Below are positions 1 to 12,162 of a stretch of DNA of 64,000 bases, piece after piece (the stretch's first letter is position 1; each line of letters starts with the position of its first letter). The notes under the pieces were generated by a model. The model was not told the DNA's origin, searched no databases, and saw nothing but the letters and a program-made list of their open reading frames with translations. The stretch covers positions 26,412,001 through 26,476,000 of the forward strand of contig NC_043008.1 in NCBI RefSeq assembly GCF_006345805.1, given 5' to 3'. This DNA is from Octopus sinensis. Lineage: Eukaryota. Both the position numbers and the translations under genes were made by a program.

Positions 1-29
1 TTAGAGAGACTAGAAAAAAAATTGGACTT

Positions 30-1330
30 ATCTAAAAAGTGGGCAACACCAACTAAGAAAAAGAATTATAAAATCAGGGTGTGTGCTGATTTTCCATTTG
101 TTTAAATGAATATCTTAAAACATTCTATTATCTGCTACCTACTTCAGAGGACATTTTTGTGAAATAAAATGGTGGCAAAACATTTTCTAAATTGGATCTC
201 TCTGACACGTACCTGCAAATAAGAGTAGATGATTAATACTCTAAATACCTAATGATTAACACACATAAAGGACTGTATAGATACAACAAGTTACCATTTG
301 GCTTATAGGTTGAACCAGCAATTTTTCAACAGATTATGGATGCAATGTTAATGGACTGGGAATTCATAATTATGAATATCTGGATGATATACTCATTAAA
401 GTGAATCAAGGGACCAACATGTAGAGCACGTAAAATGTGCATTTGAAAAAATTTAGAGATTGCGGTTTTACTTTAAATGAAGAAAAATGTGAATTTTTCT
501 TACCAAAAATAAAATATTTAGGACAAATCATTGACAGAGATTGATGTTGACCAGATCTGTCAAGGGCAGATGCAATTAAAAATATGCCCCTTCTAACAAA
601 TATAGCGATCTTACAAGCTCTTTTAGGATTGGCAAATTATTACCAAAATTACATTCCCAACATGCATAAGATATGAGTTCTAAAAAAATCTATTAAAAAA
701 GATATAAAGTGGAATTGGTCTGAAAATTTGCAGAAGTCATTCGATGAACAGAAGAAATATTAACATCTGATTTTATCATTAGCATACTTCAATCCTGCAG
801 TGGAGATTGTTGTAGCTTCAAATGTCTCTGAGTATAGTATCGGAGCAATAATGCTACATAAATATTAAGATGGTAACATGAAGACGGTGGTTCATGCCTC
901 ACTTTCTCTGATATCAGCAGAGTAAAATTACTGTCAAATCGAAAAAGAGGCTCTAGCAATTATTTTTGTTGGAGAAGAATTTCATAGATTTTCACTACAG
1001 ACTGATCATCATCCGTTATTATTGATATATGAGTCTAAGAAAGGGATCCCTACCCATACTGCTAATAGGCTGCAATGCTGGGGTACTACATCACTAAACT
1101 ATGATTTTAAGATGGAGTATATACCATTCAGGAAGTTAGGGCAATCTGATTGTTTATCAAGACTGATTTAAAAAATGCTGAACCATTTGAAGATACTATG
1201 ATTGCTGATTTGCAAGCAGAAAATGAAATTATAAATGTTTTGTGTAATGTCATACATGAACTGCCAGTCACATTATAAGACATGAAATTAAAATCAGAAA
1301 AACGATAAATTCTTTAAGAAAATGAAAGGA
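30..1330 (+). mobile_element. Ty3/Gypsy LTR retrotransposon pol relic (RT-RNase H), many stops and frameshifts
   Basis: Hand translation: FSKLDLSDTYLQI (~183-220), GLYRYNKLPFG, YLDDILI (377-397), RNase H YCQIEKEALAIIF (929-967), TDHHPL and RLQCW..LNYDFKMEY...SDCLSRL (~1000-1170). Confidence 0.85.
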
Positions 1331-2439
1331 ATGCTGAAGGCTTGACTCTTTATTATTTAAATACTTTAAATTAGAAAAGTGTAAGTAAAAGTAGATGCAA
1401 AAATATTGATTTAACCTAATGATAATAAAATGAGAAGAATTTCCAACAGTTTGTAGGTAAGTAGGTATATGGGTGTATGTGTATAAGTATATATATATAT
1501 ATATATTCAATATCATCTGGGCAATAACCCCATAAAGGGCATTTAAAAGTTCCTATACTGTTATCGGCTACCATATGTCAGTATACAACAAGGATTTTAA
1601 AAAATATAATTTAGAAAATGTTATGGATATTTTTACTGTCTCAAAAATGTTACTTAAATAAGTTATTTGCTAGAAAGTGCAGTCAAAAATATTCTCATAT
1701 GATGACTCATATGTTTAAATAAATGCACACTGGTAGGAAACAAAAAATTAGAAAAATATTGATTTAACTTAGCTATAAAAAAAACAAGAATTGCCAATAG
1801 TTGTAGGTAGGTAAATATATATATATGTATATATGGGTAGGTATGTAAGTGAGTTTTGTAGACGTGTAGGTGTATAAGTAGGATGCATGTGGAGTTAGAA
1901 AAGAAAAGTGGAAGTAAATACATAAAATATATAGAAAATAAAGTGTGTATGTGTGTAGATAAATAAAAGTATATATGTATATGTCTGTATTAGTGTATAT
2001 ATATATATGCATGTGTGTGTGTGTGTGTTTGTATGTATGTGTGTTGGGGCAAGTGTTTGTGTGCATATGAAAGGGTGCAAGCAAATAAATGTCTGTGTAA
2101 GATAAGAATCTTATTGAATATCAAAAGGTTTTTTTTACTCAAAACAAGAATAAATGAAATTAAGTTTTGAAGTGAACAGAAAGACAAGTAGACATAATGG
2201 TATGAATGTTGACAAAGGGTTATTTGAATGAAAACTGTTACTGACTATAAAGATAAACAATATTTCTAGTCCATATCTTGAGACAAAAAGTGAATGCTTA
2301 AAATGAAATAAAAAGACATGATGCTAATTTTGATAAAGATTTCTACATTTATTTGTTTTATGCTTCCATTAATGACTTTTTGGTCTATTTGTAATTGGTA
2401 TTTTCATTTTTATTTTTTATTTTTTCTTTACTACATGTA

Positions 2440-2660
2440 TATATGTGTGTATGTGTGTGTGTGTGTATGTAACTATACATGAACTGTTGACGATTGTTTT
2501 CCTCCTTCCTTTTCATTTGGACTCCTGTTCTTGAAGAAGAGTTTTTCTCAGAACGTAAAACAACCACTCTTTCTTTCCTTCTCTAAATGTCTTATTAATA
2601 CTTTGCACATACCATGTCCTCGTATTGTTGATTTTTCTTATTGTCTTATTCCTCTGTTTT
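2440..2660 (+). repeat. Non-coding repeat resembling a PLE terminal repeat, ending in (AT)n; contains an HHR relic
   Basis: Same GAG-loop-CTC-(G)AAACGT organisation as the 48375-48600 repeat, followed by a T-rich tail and (AT)n. Confidence 0.45.
2526..2562 (+). ncRNA. Degenerate minimal type I hammerhead ribozyme
   Basis: TGTT-C-TTGAAGA-A-GAG/CTC-AGAA-CG-T-A-AAACA. Core positions altered (C3, GAAA scrambled to AGAA); palindromic stem III ACGT; stem I TGTT/AACA. Confidence 0.4.
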
Positions 2661-2663
2661 TAT

Positions 2664-2666
<3 letters not shown>

Positions 2667-2712
<46 letters not shown>

Positions 2713-2716
2713 TATA

Positions 2717-2772
<56 letters not shown>

Positions 2773-2850
2773 TATATATATATACATATATATACATATA
2801 TATACATATATATACATATACATACATACATTTATAAATATATATATATA
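2667..2850. repeat. (AT)n microsatellite
   Basis: Directly visible, with (ACATAT) variants at the end. Confidence 0.98.
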
Positions 2851-3598
2851 TAACATATGGTGTAATTATAAACAGGGAAAATTTTAGTTATTTCTCCACA
2901 GACTGGAAAAATGACGAACAACCTTAATTGATTTGCAAACCTTATTGGGTTCACATCAGAGGTGTCCACATCATTCTGACAGTCTCCAGAGAAACAAGCA
3001 GCCAAACTGGCACATAATGGGAAAATACTATGAATTAAGTTCTTCATGAAATGTGAATACAAATGGAATAAAACAAATTTCATGTAAATTGGACAAATGA
3101 CTCTTGAGATATTTGGGATTTGGAGGGTATGAATACCCAAAACGGTGCATATAGGGAAAATACTCCAAAAATAACTTAGCCCTGAAAAGGACGAATCTCT
3201 AATCTTTTGATTAGACACATTATGACTTTAACCTGCTAACGAAAAAATACAAGTAGTTATTTACATTAAATGTTTCTATTTTCCCTTTTATTAAACACAA
3301 TATTTTGATAATTTAGAAATATTTTAAAGTGAATGTGATTTCAAACATGTAAGTTGTTTGTGCAGCAAGTATCTATATTTTAGCTTTCTGTAAACAGACA
3401 ATATTTTAATCTTTTTAAAAATTATTGTCAACTGAATACTATTACAAAAACTATTTTGGCATATTTAAAATATATCTCAAAGTGAAAATGACTTAAAAAA
3501 TACTGTAAATAATTCATAAAATTCTCGTTTGTAACCTCAGTGTGAAAACATTTTTTTCCAATTTTTTTTTTAGTGAATTCAACATAACTCACCTCCAA

Positions 3599-3713
3599 AG
3601 ATTTGGCTGCTATTTCTAGCACACCCTGCAACCACGTAACAGCCATTTGAGATAAAGGACCCGAAATAACAGTTACGTAGTAGCAGGACATGCAAAAAAT
3701 AGCAGCCAAATCT
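3599..3713. repeat. Short palindromic element (~115 bp)
   Basis: AGATTTGGCTGCTATTT (3599-3615) is inverted at 3697-3713; the arms stay similar inward through ACGTAAC/GTTACGT. Confidence 0.75.
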
Positions 3714-4382
3714 TTTCTTTTCTGGGGAAAGGAGCTGATTACACATGATTTTGATGTCACATTCATTGAAAGTTTGCGAAATAAACTGGAAAAGAAAAAA
3801 AAATGAAACAAAATTCCGTTGGTGGGAAACTCAGAGATTTCTGGGAAACTCTGAGGTCCCCGCAATCCTTACCCCCTTTCTTTCTCTGGAAGAAAGTGGC
3901 TTGCAGTGGGTTCGGATGTGAGATATGTTGAATGCACTCAAAAAAACCCAGTAGAAAAATTAATTTCACACTGAAGTACGAATGGGTCCTTTACGAAATA
4001 GTTACCTAAGATCGGGATAGGTATGTGAATAGATAGATTGATGGAACTGATAAAGCAAGGGCTGAGCATCTGGGAGAACAGAAGGAATAAGACAGAAGTG
4101 AGAGAGATGAGGAATTGGACACTCGGAGAGCTAGCTCTGCATGTAGTAAAACAGAGGGAAAAAGACAAAAGCAGGAGGCATCATGAATCAGATGCTCATG
4201 TGAATACAAATGGAATTAAACAAGTTTTGCATAACTAGGACTATGGGTTACTGAATAACAGAAATTTTGTGCAAATTAGACCATGGATTCCTGAGATATG
4301 CGATTTTTTCAGGTACCTTGAACTATTGGTGACCTAACAGTTCATGGGTAGTCTAGTCTAGTATATATATATATATATACAT

Positions 4383-5119
4383 ACACTAATTTATAATTAT
4401 ATAATATAATTATATTAAAGAGTACAGATAAACCCCACCAACACGCTAGAAATAGATGCCAAATGGCTCTAAAAACCACATCTACACTCCGTTAGCACAG
4501 GCTGTAGGCAAATAGATGAAATATAAATAATATTTTTTTTAATTGGTTAATTGTAGACCGATTTCTGGCTTAGGGTTGTAAAACTACTGGCTTCTTCAGT
4601 CCCATATGCCAAGAATATATAAATGCAAATATTTACGCATACCCATATGAACAACATATATCTTCATGACCATATACTTACATTTACATGTATACACTAG
4701 TCGAATCTTTTTTTTTCATCTCAACTATGTGCTTTTACTATCAAAATAATATCACAGCAACTGCAATTTGATCAGGAGAAAATATATTTTTTTTATACAA
4801 AATTAAGTATAAAATCACTTTAATGATTTTATCAAGTGGCCAGCATGAAATAAAAAAAAAAAACATACATATTTACAATGTATACTAATTTATAATTATA
4901 TAATATAATTATATTAAAGGGTGCAGATAAACCCCACTAACACACATTTAGAGTCATTTGGCATCTATTTCTAGCGTGTTGGTGGGGGTTTATCCATACC
5001 CTCTAATATATTTATGTTATATAATTATAAATTAGTATAAACTGTAACCTATATAGTTTTTTATTTCATGCTGACCACTTCATAAACTTATTAAAGTGAT
5101 TTTATCCTTAATTTTGTAT
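4383..5119. mobile_element. Compound fold-back element (arm A ... B-A-loop-A'-B') bounded by (TA)n
   Basis: 4383-4476 is inverted at ~4952-5040 and repeated directly at ~4881-4946; ATACAAAATTAAGTATAAAATCACTTTAAT (4794-4823) is inverted with 1 mismatch at 5090-5119. Confidence 0.8.
4550..4605 (-). ncRNA. Degenerate type I hammerhead ribozyme inside the fold-back element
   Basis: Minus strand: CTGAAGA (4599-4593) ... GAAA (4565-4562), stem III ATCGGT, GUC triplet (C at 4556). Stem I pairs 4/6; stem II poorly paired. Confidence 0.45.
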
Positions 5120-5541
5120 TATATATATATATATATATATTCATAAATATTTGGTATTTGAAACTTATGTGGCCTTGAATTTATGAACTACTCAGTAAAA
5201 AAATAAAAATATGGTATGAGAATGAGAGCTAAGCATCTTAAGGCTAATGCCACTGAATGTGTTGTATCTTTTGTGTGTAGTATATATCATAACAATAAAA
5301 AGTGATGTTATGAACGCAGGAGGTTTATGTCTATGTATGGTGAGATTATGGTTGCATGTATTTTTTATCTTTTCTTTTTCTTTTTCTGCCTCTTAGAGTA
5401 ACTTCCCTTTTATTCAAAATTTTTCATAGCGTCTATTGCCATTAATAACTGTTGAAAATGCATCATAGCTCTTCACTCTGACATTTGAAACTCTAAGTAC
5501 TATAATGGCAACTTAGTGTTTGTTCTAAGTTATAACACACT

Positions 5542-5581
<40 letters not shown>

Positions 5582-5592
5582 ATTAATATATA

Positions 5593-5648
<56 letters not shown>

Positions 5649-5649
5649 T

Positions 5650-6488
5650 AATTTGTCCAGAAGAGATCTTGACAATGATTAAATTCAAAAGAACTGAAGT
5701 TCACACCTACACCAATAGTCAACCACCCTAGAACTAATGGAGGATATCTGAAAATTCTGTTGTAAGTTACGATTTGTAGAATTCTTCACTAATAAAAGTA
5801 ATGAAATTGATGAATCCTTAGTAAAAAATTAATCAAATTTCACCACGGCAAAAGGAAGAAGTAACTGTATTGACCAATACATTGATATCCTGTCTAAATT
5901 TCCCCTGCAATGCAATATTAATGTTAGGTCAAACATTAACAAATCAGAGATGTCTACACTTAAATGTATACAAAAACGATCAAGCAATAATAATAAAACA
6001 AGCAGATAAAGGAGGTGCAATTGTTATTGTGGATGCCAAATACTACAAGGATTTCGTTGAGGATCAATTGAACGACACAACCTTCAATTGTGAAATACCT
6101 TCATATATAGACCACCACATCATGAATAAGATCAACAACCTGGTTTCAAAGCACTACAGCTCACTTACCAATAATGAAAGAGACAACATCACCAATTTTG
6201 AGCCAAAACCCAACAACATCTTACCGAAAATACCTAAGTGAAAAGATATTCAACATGCAGTAAAAGAACAAGAAAATGAGTGCATAAAACTACTATAGGA
6301 GTAGGAGTGGCTGTGTGGTAAGAAACTTGCTTTCAAACCACATGGTTCCGGGTTCAGTCCCACTGCATGGCACCTTGGGCAAGTGTCTTCTACTATAGCC
6401 TCGGGCCGACCAAAGCCTTGTGAGTGGATTTGGTAGACGGAAACTGAAAGAAGCCTGTCATATATATATGTATATATGTGTATATATG

Positions 6489-6533
<45 letters not shown>

Positions 6534-8290
6534 GTATATGTTTGTGTGTCTGTTTTTGTCCCGCCAACATCGCTTGACAACCGATGCTGGTGTGTTTAAA
6601 TCCCCGTAACTTAGCGGTGTGACAAAAGAAACCAATAGAATAAGTACAAGGCTTACAAAGAATAAATCCTGGGATCGATTTGCTCCACTAAAGGCGGTGC
6701 TCCAGCATGGCCACAGTCAAATGACTGAAACAAGTAAAAGAGTAAAAGATTATATCCAAAAGACTTAAAACTTAGACCTATTATAGCTGGTCCAGCATGC
6801 TCAACCAATGTCTAATCAATTTTACTGACATTGCTTTGAAACCACAATGTACCTACAAATCCAATTTCATCCAGCACAACATCGAGTTCCTGTACCAAAA
6901 GAAATGAATTCACTTTTGTTTAGTTTTGATGTGATAAGCCTCTATACCAATATTCCACATGATTTAGGAATAAAAGCAATTAAATACTGGGTAGAAAAAA
7001 CATTGAGAAGTGGTTCCCAACAGATTCACAATGCCATTTATATTAGACAGTGTCAGACTTATTCTGGAAAACAACATATTCTTCTTCAATGGAATGAATT
7101 ACATCCAAATTAAAGGCATGGCAATTGGAACCAGGTTTGCTCCCGTTTACATGAACTCTGTAATGGGATACTTAGAAGAACAACTCTACCAAGAAGTAGA
7201 GGAAAGCTATAGTACTGAATTTAGAAAGTATATTGCAAAGACATGGAAGAGATACCTTGACAACTGCTTCATTACTCTGGACAGAATCTCTAAATACTCT
7301 GGAAGAGTTCAATATCCTCCTGAACAACCTACACCTATCTCTCCAATTTACAGAGGAGATGAGTAGTACCAAATTACCATTCCTAGGTATAATAGTAATT
7401 AAAAAGGACACTACCTTTACCACAGATATATACTATAAACACACAGACACATATCAATACCTGAATTTTAAGTTGTGCCATCCACCACATACAAAACACA
7501 ACATTTCTCAGCCAAGCCAGAAGAATTTGTACCATTGTAGAAGATGTGAATATCAGGAACAAACGCTTAACAGAACAAAGAGAATTTTTGTTCAAGCAAA
7601 AGTACCTGTCTCTACTTATAGAAAATGGCACACAGCAGGCTATAAAAATAACCATTAAACAACTTAGGACAACCCAAAGAAGAGGAAAACATGAACAAGT
7701 CATACCATTTATAGTGACACACAACCCATGTCACCAGAATATCTTCAACATTGCCAAAGCAAACCTACCAATCATTGCTCAAAGTAATGAATTGAAAGAT
7801 ATAATCATAGATCATGCTATGATTCTTTGTAAAAGACAGCCTAAAAACTTGAAAAAATTATTAACAAAGGCAAAGTTTGAATTTAGCAACAAAGACCAAT
7901 CATTCACCGTATCTAAATGCAATGAGAGCCGATCTGCCACATGACAATTTATACATATAGGTCAGTATATGAACACAAAAACTAGAAAAACATTCACAAA
8001 CACAAATATGAACTGTAAAAGCAGAAATTTGATTTACTGCATCAAATGCCCGATTTGTGAAGAACTATATGTGTGTCAGACTGGAAATGTACTATCACAA
8101 CGTTCACGTGTGTACTGACAGTAAATCAGAGACCCAGATGTCCGTCAGACACCTTGGAGTAACCATCTAGCAACATGTGATCAGAAAATATTTATAATAC
8201 TTCCATTCCACAAACTACAGAGTCCAAGTGAAATCAAGAGAAAAATCAGAGAAAAGAACTTTATTGATCAATTCCAACCCAAGCTAAATA
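5650..8290 (+). mobile_element. Penelope-like element (RT plus C-terminal GIY-YIG), Penelope/Poseidon-like, decayed and split by a SINE
   Basis: IIKQADKGGAIVI (ORF 5870), RPIIAGP (~6770), SFDVISLYTNIP, GMAIGTRFAP, RYLDNCF, LPFL...TDIYYK..DT.QYL, and NCKSRNLIYCIKC..C..LYVCQTG (~8000-8090). Confidence 0.92.
6297..6749 (+). mobile_element. tRNA-derived SINE, family A (internal microsatellite, GTAAAAGA tail)
   Basis: Head GGAGTGGCTGTGTGGTAAG...GGTTCAGTCCCACTG with A/B-box-like motifs, central (AT)/(GT)n, 3' domain ...GGTGCTCCAGCATGGCC..., tail GTAAAAGAGTAAAAGA; many copies in this window. Confidence 0.9.
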
Positions 8291-8799
8291 AACAATATGT
8301 AGAGGTACTATTTCTACTGCTATAACAACTATCACTAACAACAAAAACAATATTAAAGGTCCTCATGATGATGATAGCAGGAAAATACTCACTAAGCCAA
8401 GAGAAAAATCAGTAAAAATAATCTTATTTAGGGTTTAAAGTTCTATTACCACAGCTACTCCTACTATCACCACCAATGACAAAAGTAATAAAGGTGATGA
8501 TAATGGTAATGATGATAATTAAAATGTAAATTTCCCTGGGAAATGTTGTTTACAATATTCCTAAAAATAGCCAAACAATTACTGCTTCAGCCAGAGTCAA
8601 AATACATGTTCAACAAATCATGACACCTTAATCAAACACCAATCAACTTAAGTAATTTAGTGAAGCCACACACTGATTGGTCAGAATACAGTTTGCAAAA
8701 CTTAACCTTCTGGAGCCTATACAAATGTATTTAAGGCACGCATTTTAGCCATCTCACAACAGTTGTAAATTGTAAAACATAACTGTCACCACTATTACA

Positions 8800-8844
8800 T
8801 GATCCTGAAGATTGCATAGTTTAATGCATGAAAGTACTAGTTCA
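8800..8844 (+). ncRNA. Minimal type I hammerhead ribozyme in the 3' terminal region of the PLE
   Basis: TGATC-CTGAAGA (8805-8811)-T-TGCAT/ATGCA-T-GAAA (8830-8833), palindromic stem III AGTACT, CUA triplet (A8839), stem I TGATC/GTTCA pairs 4/5. Confidence 0.7.
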
Positions 8845-8879
8845 ATCAGAATGAACATTTAATATTCTATCATTTCATT

Positions 8880-8965
8880 ATATTATATCACATCATATAT
8901 TATATTATATTATATTATATTATATTATATTAAATTATATCATATCATATTATATTATATTATAA
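8880..8965. repeat. (TATTA)n/(TATCA)n simple repeat, likely PLE tail
   Basis: Directly visible ~40 bp after the HHR. Confidence 0.85.
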
Positions 8966-9002
8966 GATTGTAAATAACATGTGAAAATCAGACAAAGTTT
9001 GA

Positions 9003-9240
9003 AATCCCTCAAATATCATGGGTGTTATGTTCCAAACCCACCCCCGACGGTAGGTAAAAATCCACCAAATAGAAACAGTATTTTACTGTATATTTTAAAA
9101 AATTATTTTTATAATTTGTATATATTTATTTAATTATAAATGCAAAACAACACCATGAAGGAATCGATGTAAGCTTAATTAATAAACTGCGATAAGTGAA
9201 CCACAATAGGTGAACTGCAATATGGAGAGGGATTACTCTA
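9003..9240. mobile_element. Tc1/pogo-like MITE remnant
   Basis: Imperfect terminal inverted repeats AATCCCTCAAATATCATGG ... TGCAATATGGAGAGGGATTAC around an AT-rich interior. Confidence 0.4.
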
Positions 9241-10321
9241 GTCGGTTCATATAAACAAACAATTCAAAAATGAAAATTTAATGTGAGCCTGTGCACAAGA
9301 AATATATTAGCTTGACGCTCAATGAAAGGAGAGAGTTTGATGTTATGAGCATAGCTCTTCACTGGAAAGGAGAAAGGGAAAGGTCCAAGGATGGAGAAAA
9401 AATCTCCAATGGCACATGTATAGTTATATTGCTATGTATCTAGTGATTTGTTGTGTATGGGCAGAAAAATGCAAGAAGGTACAAAATAAACTACAAAAGG
9501 AAAATAAAAGAAAACAAAACAAAATTGTAGTATTATCTTATATTCTATATAGCTGCTTCTTCAGGACATCTGTAAAAGTGAGGGATGGAAAAGTCATTTG
9601 TCAGACAGGAATGGGGGAAGGAGGAAAGTGACATGCATAGTCTGCTTCATGTGGTTCCTTCTTGCCATTAATGGCTGGTCTCTGTTGATAAGGAGGGCCT
9701 CCATAATACTGACATTGGTTCTATTGTGTTGAGTGGCCTTATAATTTAAGGCATAATTTACCTTACAATCAGCAGGCATCACAGGTAGACCTCCTTACAA
9801 CATTTCAGGTACATTGGCTCAAGTGTATCTTAACCAACAAGGAGAGAGCAATGGAGAAAGTAGCACAGTGGCAGCAGTGGAGTATCCACGAGTTATGATC
9901 TAGCTGCAGCCATCTTTCTTAGAGTGTAAAAAGAGCTGAAGCACTTGCATGATGGAAGGGGGCTTCTTCTCTGAAGACTTTCTGCTATTTAGCTCTCCCT
10001 GGAATTTTTCTTTTTGCCAACTACAAAGAAATAGCATATGTTGTTTACACTATCTATTATAATGGTTTCTGCTATTATATAAGATATTTTCTACATGTCA
10101 ATTTATCAGAATTTAAAATTTAACTACATTTCATGACATTTTATTTTCTTTCAACCCTTCACCATTTTGCATTGCGTTTTACATGATTGTTTAACTGAAT
10201 TATGGTGAAGCTTAAATAATGCAGCAGTTTTGATTCTCCAATTAGACTATTTCTTTCAGATAATGTGCACTAAAAAGTTTGTGTATTACCATTTAAAAAC
10301 TGTGTGTGTGTGTGTGTGCAT

Positions 10322-11950
10322 CATAAGGCAATTAAAGACATGAAAACTGGCAAAGCCCTGGATCCATCCAGCATCACAGCTGAGATGCTCAACATATCTG
10401 GTTAGGTAGGCTATGAGCTGGCCACCTGCATAGTTGATCAGGTCATTCAGCAAGATGTAATACCCAGTGACTGGCAGAGCAGCATAATTGTTAGCTGCTA
10501 CAGGGGTAAGGGTGATGCTTCAGATAAGAGAAATTATAGAGGCTTCAAACTCCTAGACTAGATGATGAAAATTATAACCCATTTAATTAGAGGCAGAATT
10601 AGGCAAGACGAAGCGTAGCTCAGTTTTGTCTGGGGAATAATCACTACTGGTGTTATTTAGTCAGGCAACTGCAAGAGAAGTACTTAGTTAAGAATAGACC
10701 ATTATACCTGGTATTCATTCATCTAGGGAAAGCCTTTGATAAAGTGTCCTGCTGTGTGATATGGTGGGCTCTGAGGAGAATAGGGACAAATGAATGGCTG
10801 GTGAAAGCTGTACAGGTCATGTATAAAGATGCTGTCAGTTAGATGAGAGTTAACCATGAGTACAGCAAAGAAGTTGGTGTAAAGGTAAGGTTTTATCAAG
10901 TCTCAGATCTTAGTCCCCACCCTTTTATCATTGTCTTCCAGGCTATAGTAGAAGAATTCAAGACTGGCAGCTCCTGGGAACTACTATATGTTGATGACCC
11001 TGCCCTTGTAGCAGATTCTATATCAGAACTAGATGTGAAATACCAGGTGTTAAAGCAAAACCTGGAATTTAAGGGCCTTAATGTTAACTTAGCAAAGACA
11101 AAGGTCTTAGTAAACCAAAAATGTGACAGGATCCTACACCATATAGAGTTCCTGCTTACACCTTTCCTATAAATTGAACTGGGTCACCTACCTGAGTGAG
11201 GTAGGATCCTGTCACATTTTTGAAGCTATGGACACACAAAAGGTGTAATGGATTAATAGGATGGTTATCAGAGAAGATAGTTTCCATATGTGGAAGATGC
11301 CCAGGATTCATAAATAGAGACTCAGGAAAATGATTCTCTCAAATGCTCTGGTAGCTCATCAGAAGTTGTAGATAATTTCTGCCACCTAGGGGACCAAATT
11401 AGTAGTGGGGGAGGATGCATGGAGAATGTAATACCTAGAATAAGTATAGGATTGAGGAAATTCAGAGAGCTATTACCTCTGTTGACCATGAAAGGTTTCT
11501 CTCTCCAAGTGAAAGGAAGATTGTATGATGCCTGTATACAGACAGCAATTCTACATGGGCCCTGCATACAAAGAACATGTACAGGTTAGAAAGGAATGAG
11601 GTGAGTATGTTTTGCTGGATGTGTAATGTAAGTGCACATGTTTGACAGAGTGCTAGTGTTTTTCAGAAAGAAGTTATGCATAAGAGGAATTGGTTGTTGT
11701 GCACAAGAGAGAAGACAGCACTGCTTTGTTCATGTGATGTGGATGGATGCTGACAGCTCCATAAAGAAGTGCTGATCTCTCAAAGTAGATGTAACACATG
11801 GAAACAGGAGACCCAGGAAGACATGGAATGAAGTATTGAAGAACGATCTCAGGATGCTAAACCTTTCAGGTGCAATGACAAAGGACTGAGATGCCTAGCA
11901 TCTTGCTGTAATCAAGAAACTTGTATTCCCTAGCAGAAGTGTTAAGACTG
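10322..11950 (+). mobile_element. RTE-clade LINE, 5'-truncated and decayed
   Basis: KAIKDMKTGKA, PSDW.SSIIVSCY.GKGDA...NYRG, ELLYVDDPALVAD (YADD motif), GDQISSGGGC, LRWFGH-like C-terminus. Confidence 0.85.
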
Positions 11951-11964
11951 GTCCTTGTGATGGT

Positions 11965-12082
11965 GTAAAGCACTCATGGGGTACCATGTAAAAGCACCCA
12001 TGTGGTGCCACATAACAGTGTCTGTGTGGTGTCACATAAAAGTGTCCATGTGGTGCCATCTAAAAGCACCCGTGCCTGTGCA
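11965..12082 (+). repeat. Degenerate ~20 bp tandem repeat at the RTE 3' end
   Basis: About five units resembling GTGGTGCCAYMTAAAAGYRYCC. Confidence 0.7.
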
Positions 12083-12087
12083 ACATA

Positions 12088-12157
<70 letters not shown>

Positions 12158-12162
<5 letters not shown>

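Noticed and set aside
2890-4340. Segments resembling DNA-transposon subterminal motifs (AAATTT...GAGATAT at ~3075-3115 and ~4262-4305)
   Set aside because: No TIR pair or TSD could be defined; ORF 2832-3218 has no recognisable motif.
7942-7944. TGA at a conserved Cys position in the PLE linker as possible selenocysteine
   Set aside because: The related copy at ~53975 (minus) has a Cys codon there, and this copy has many other disablements; a single substitution is simpler.
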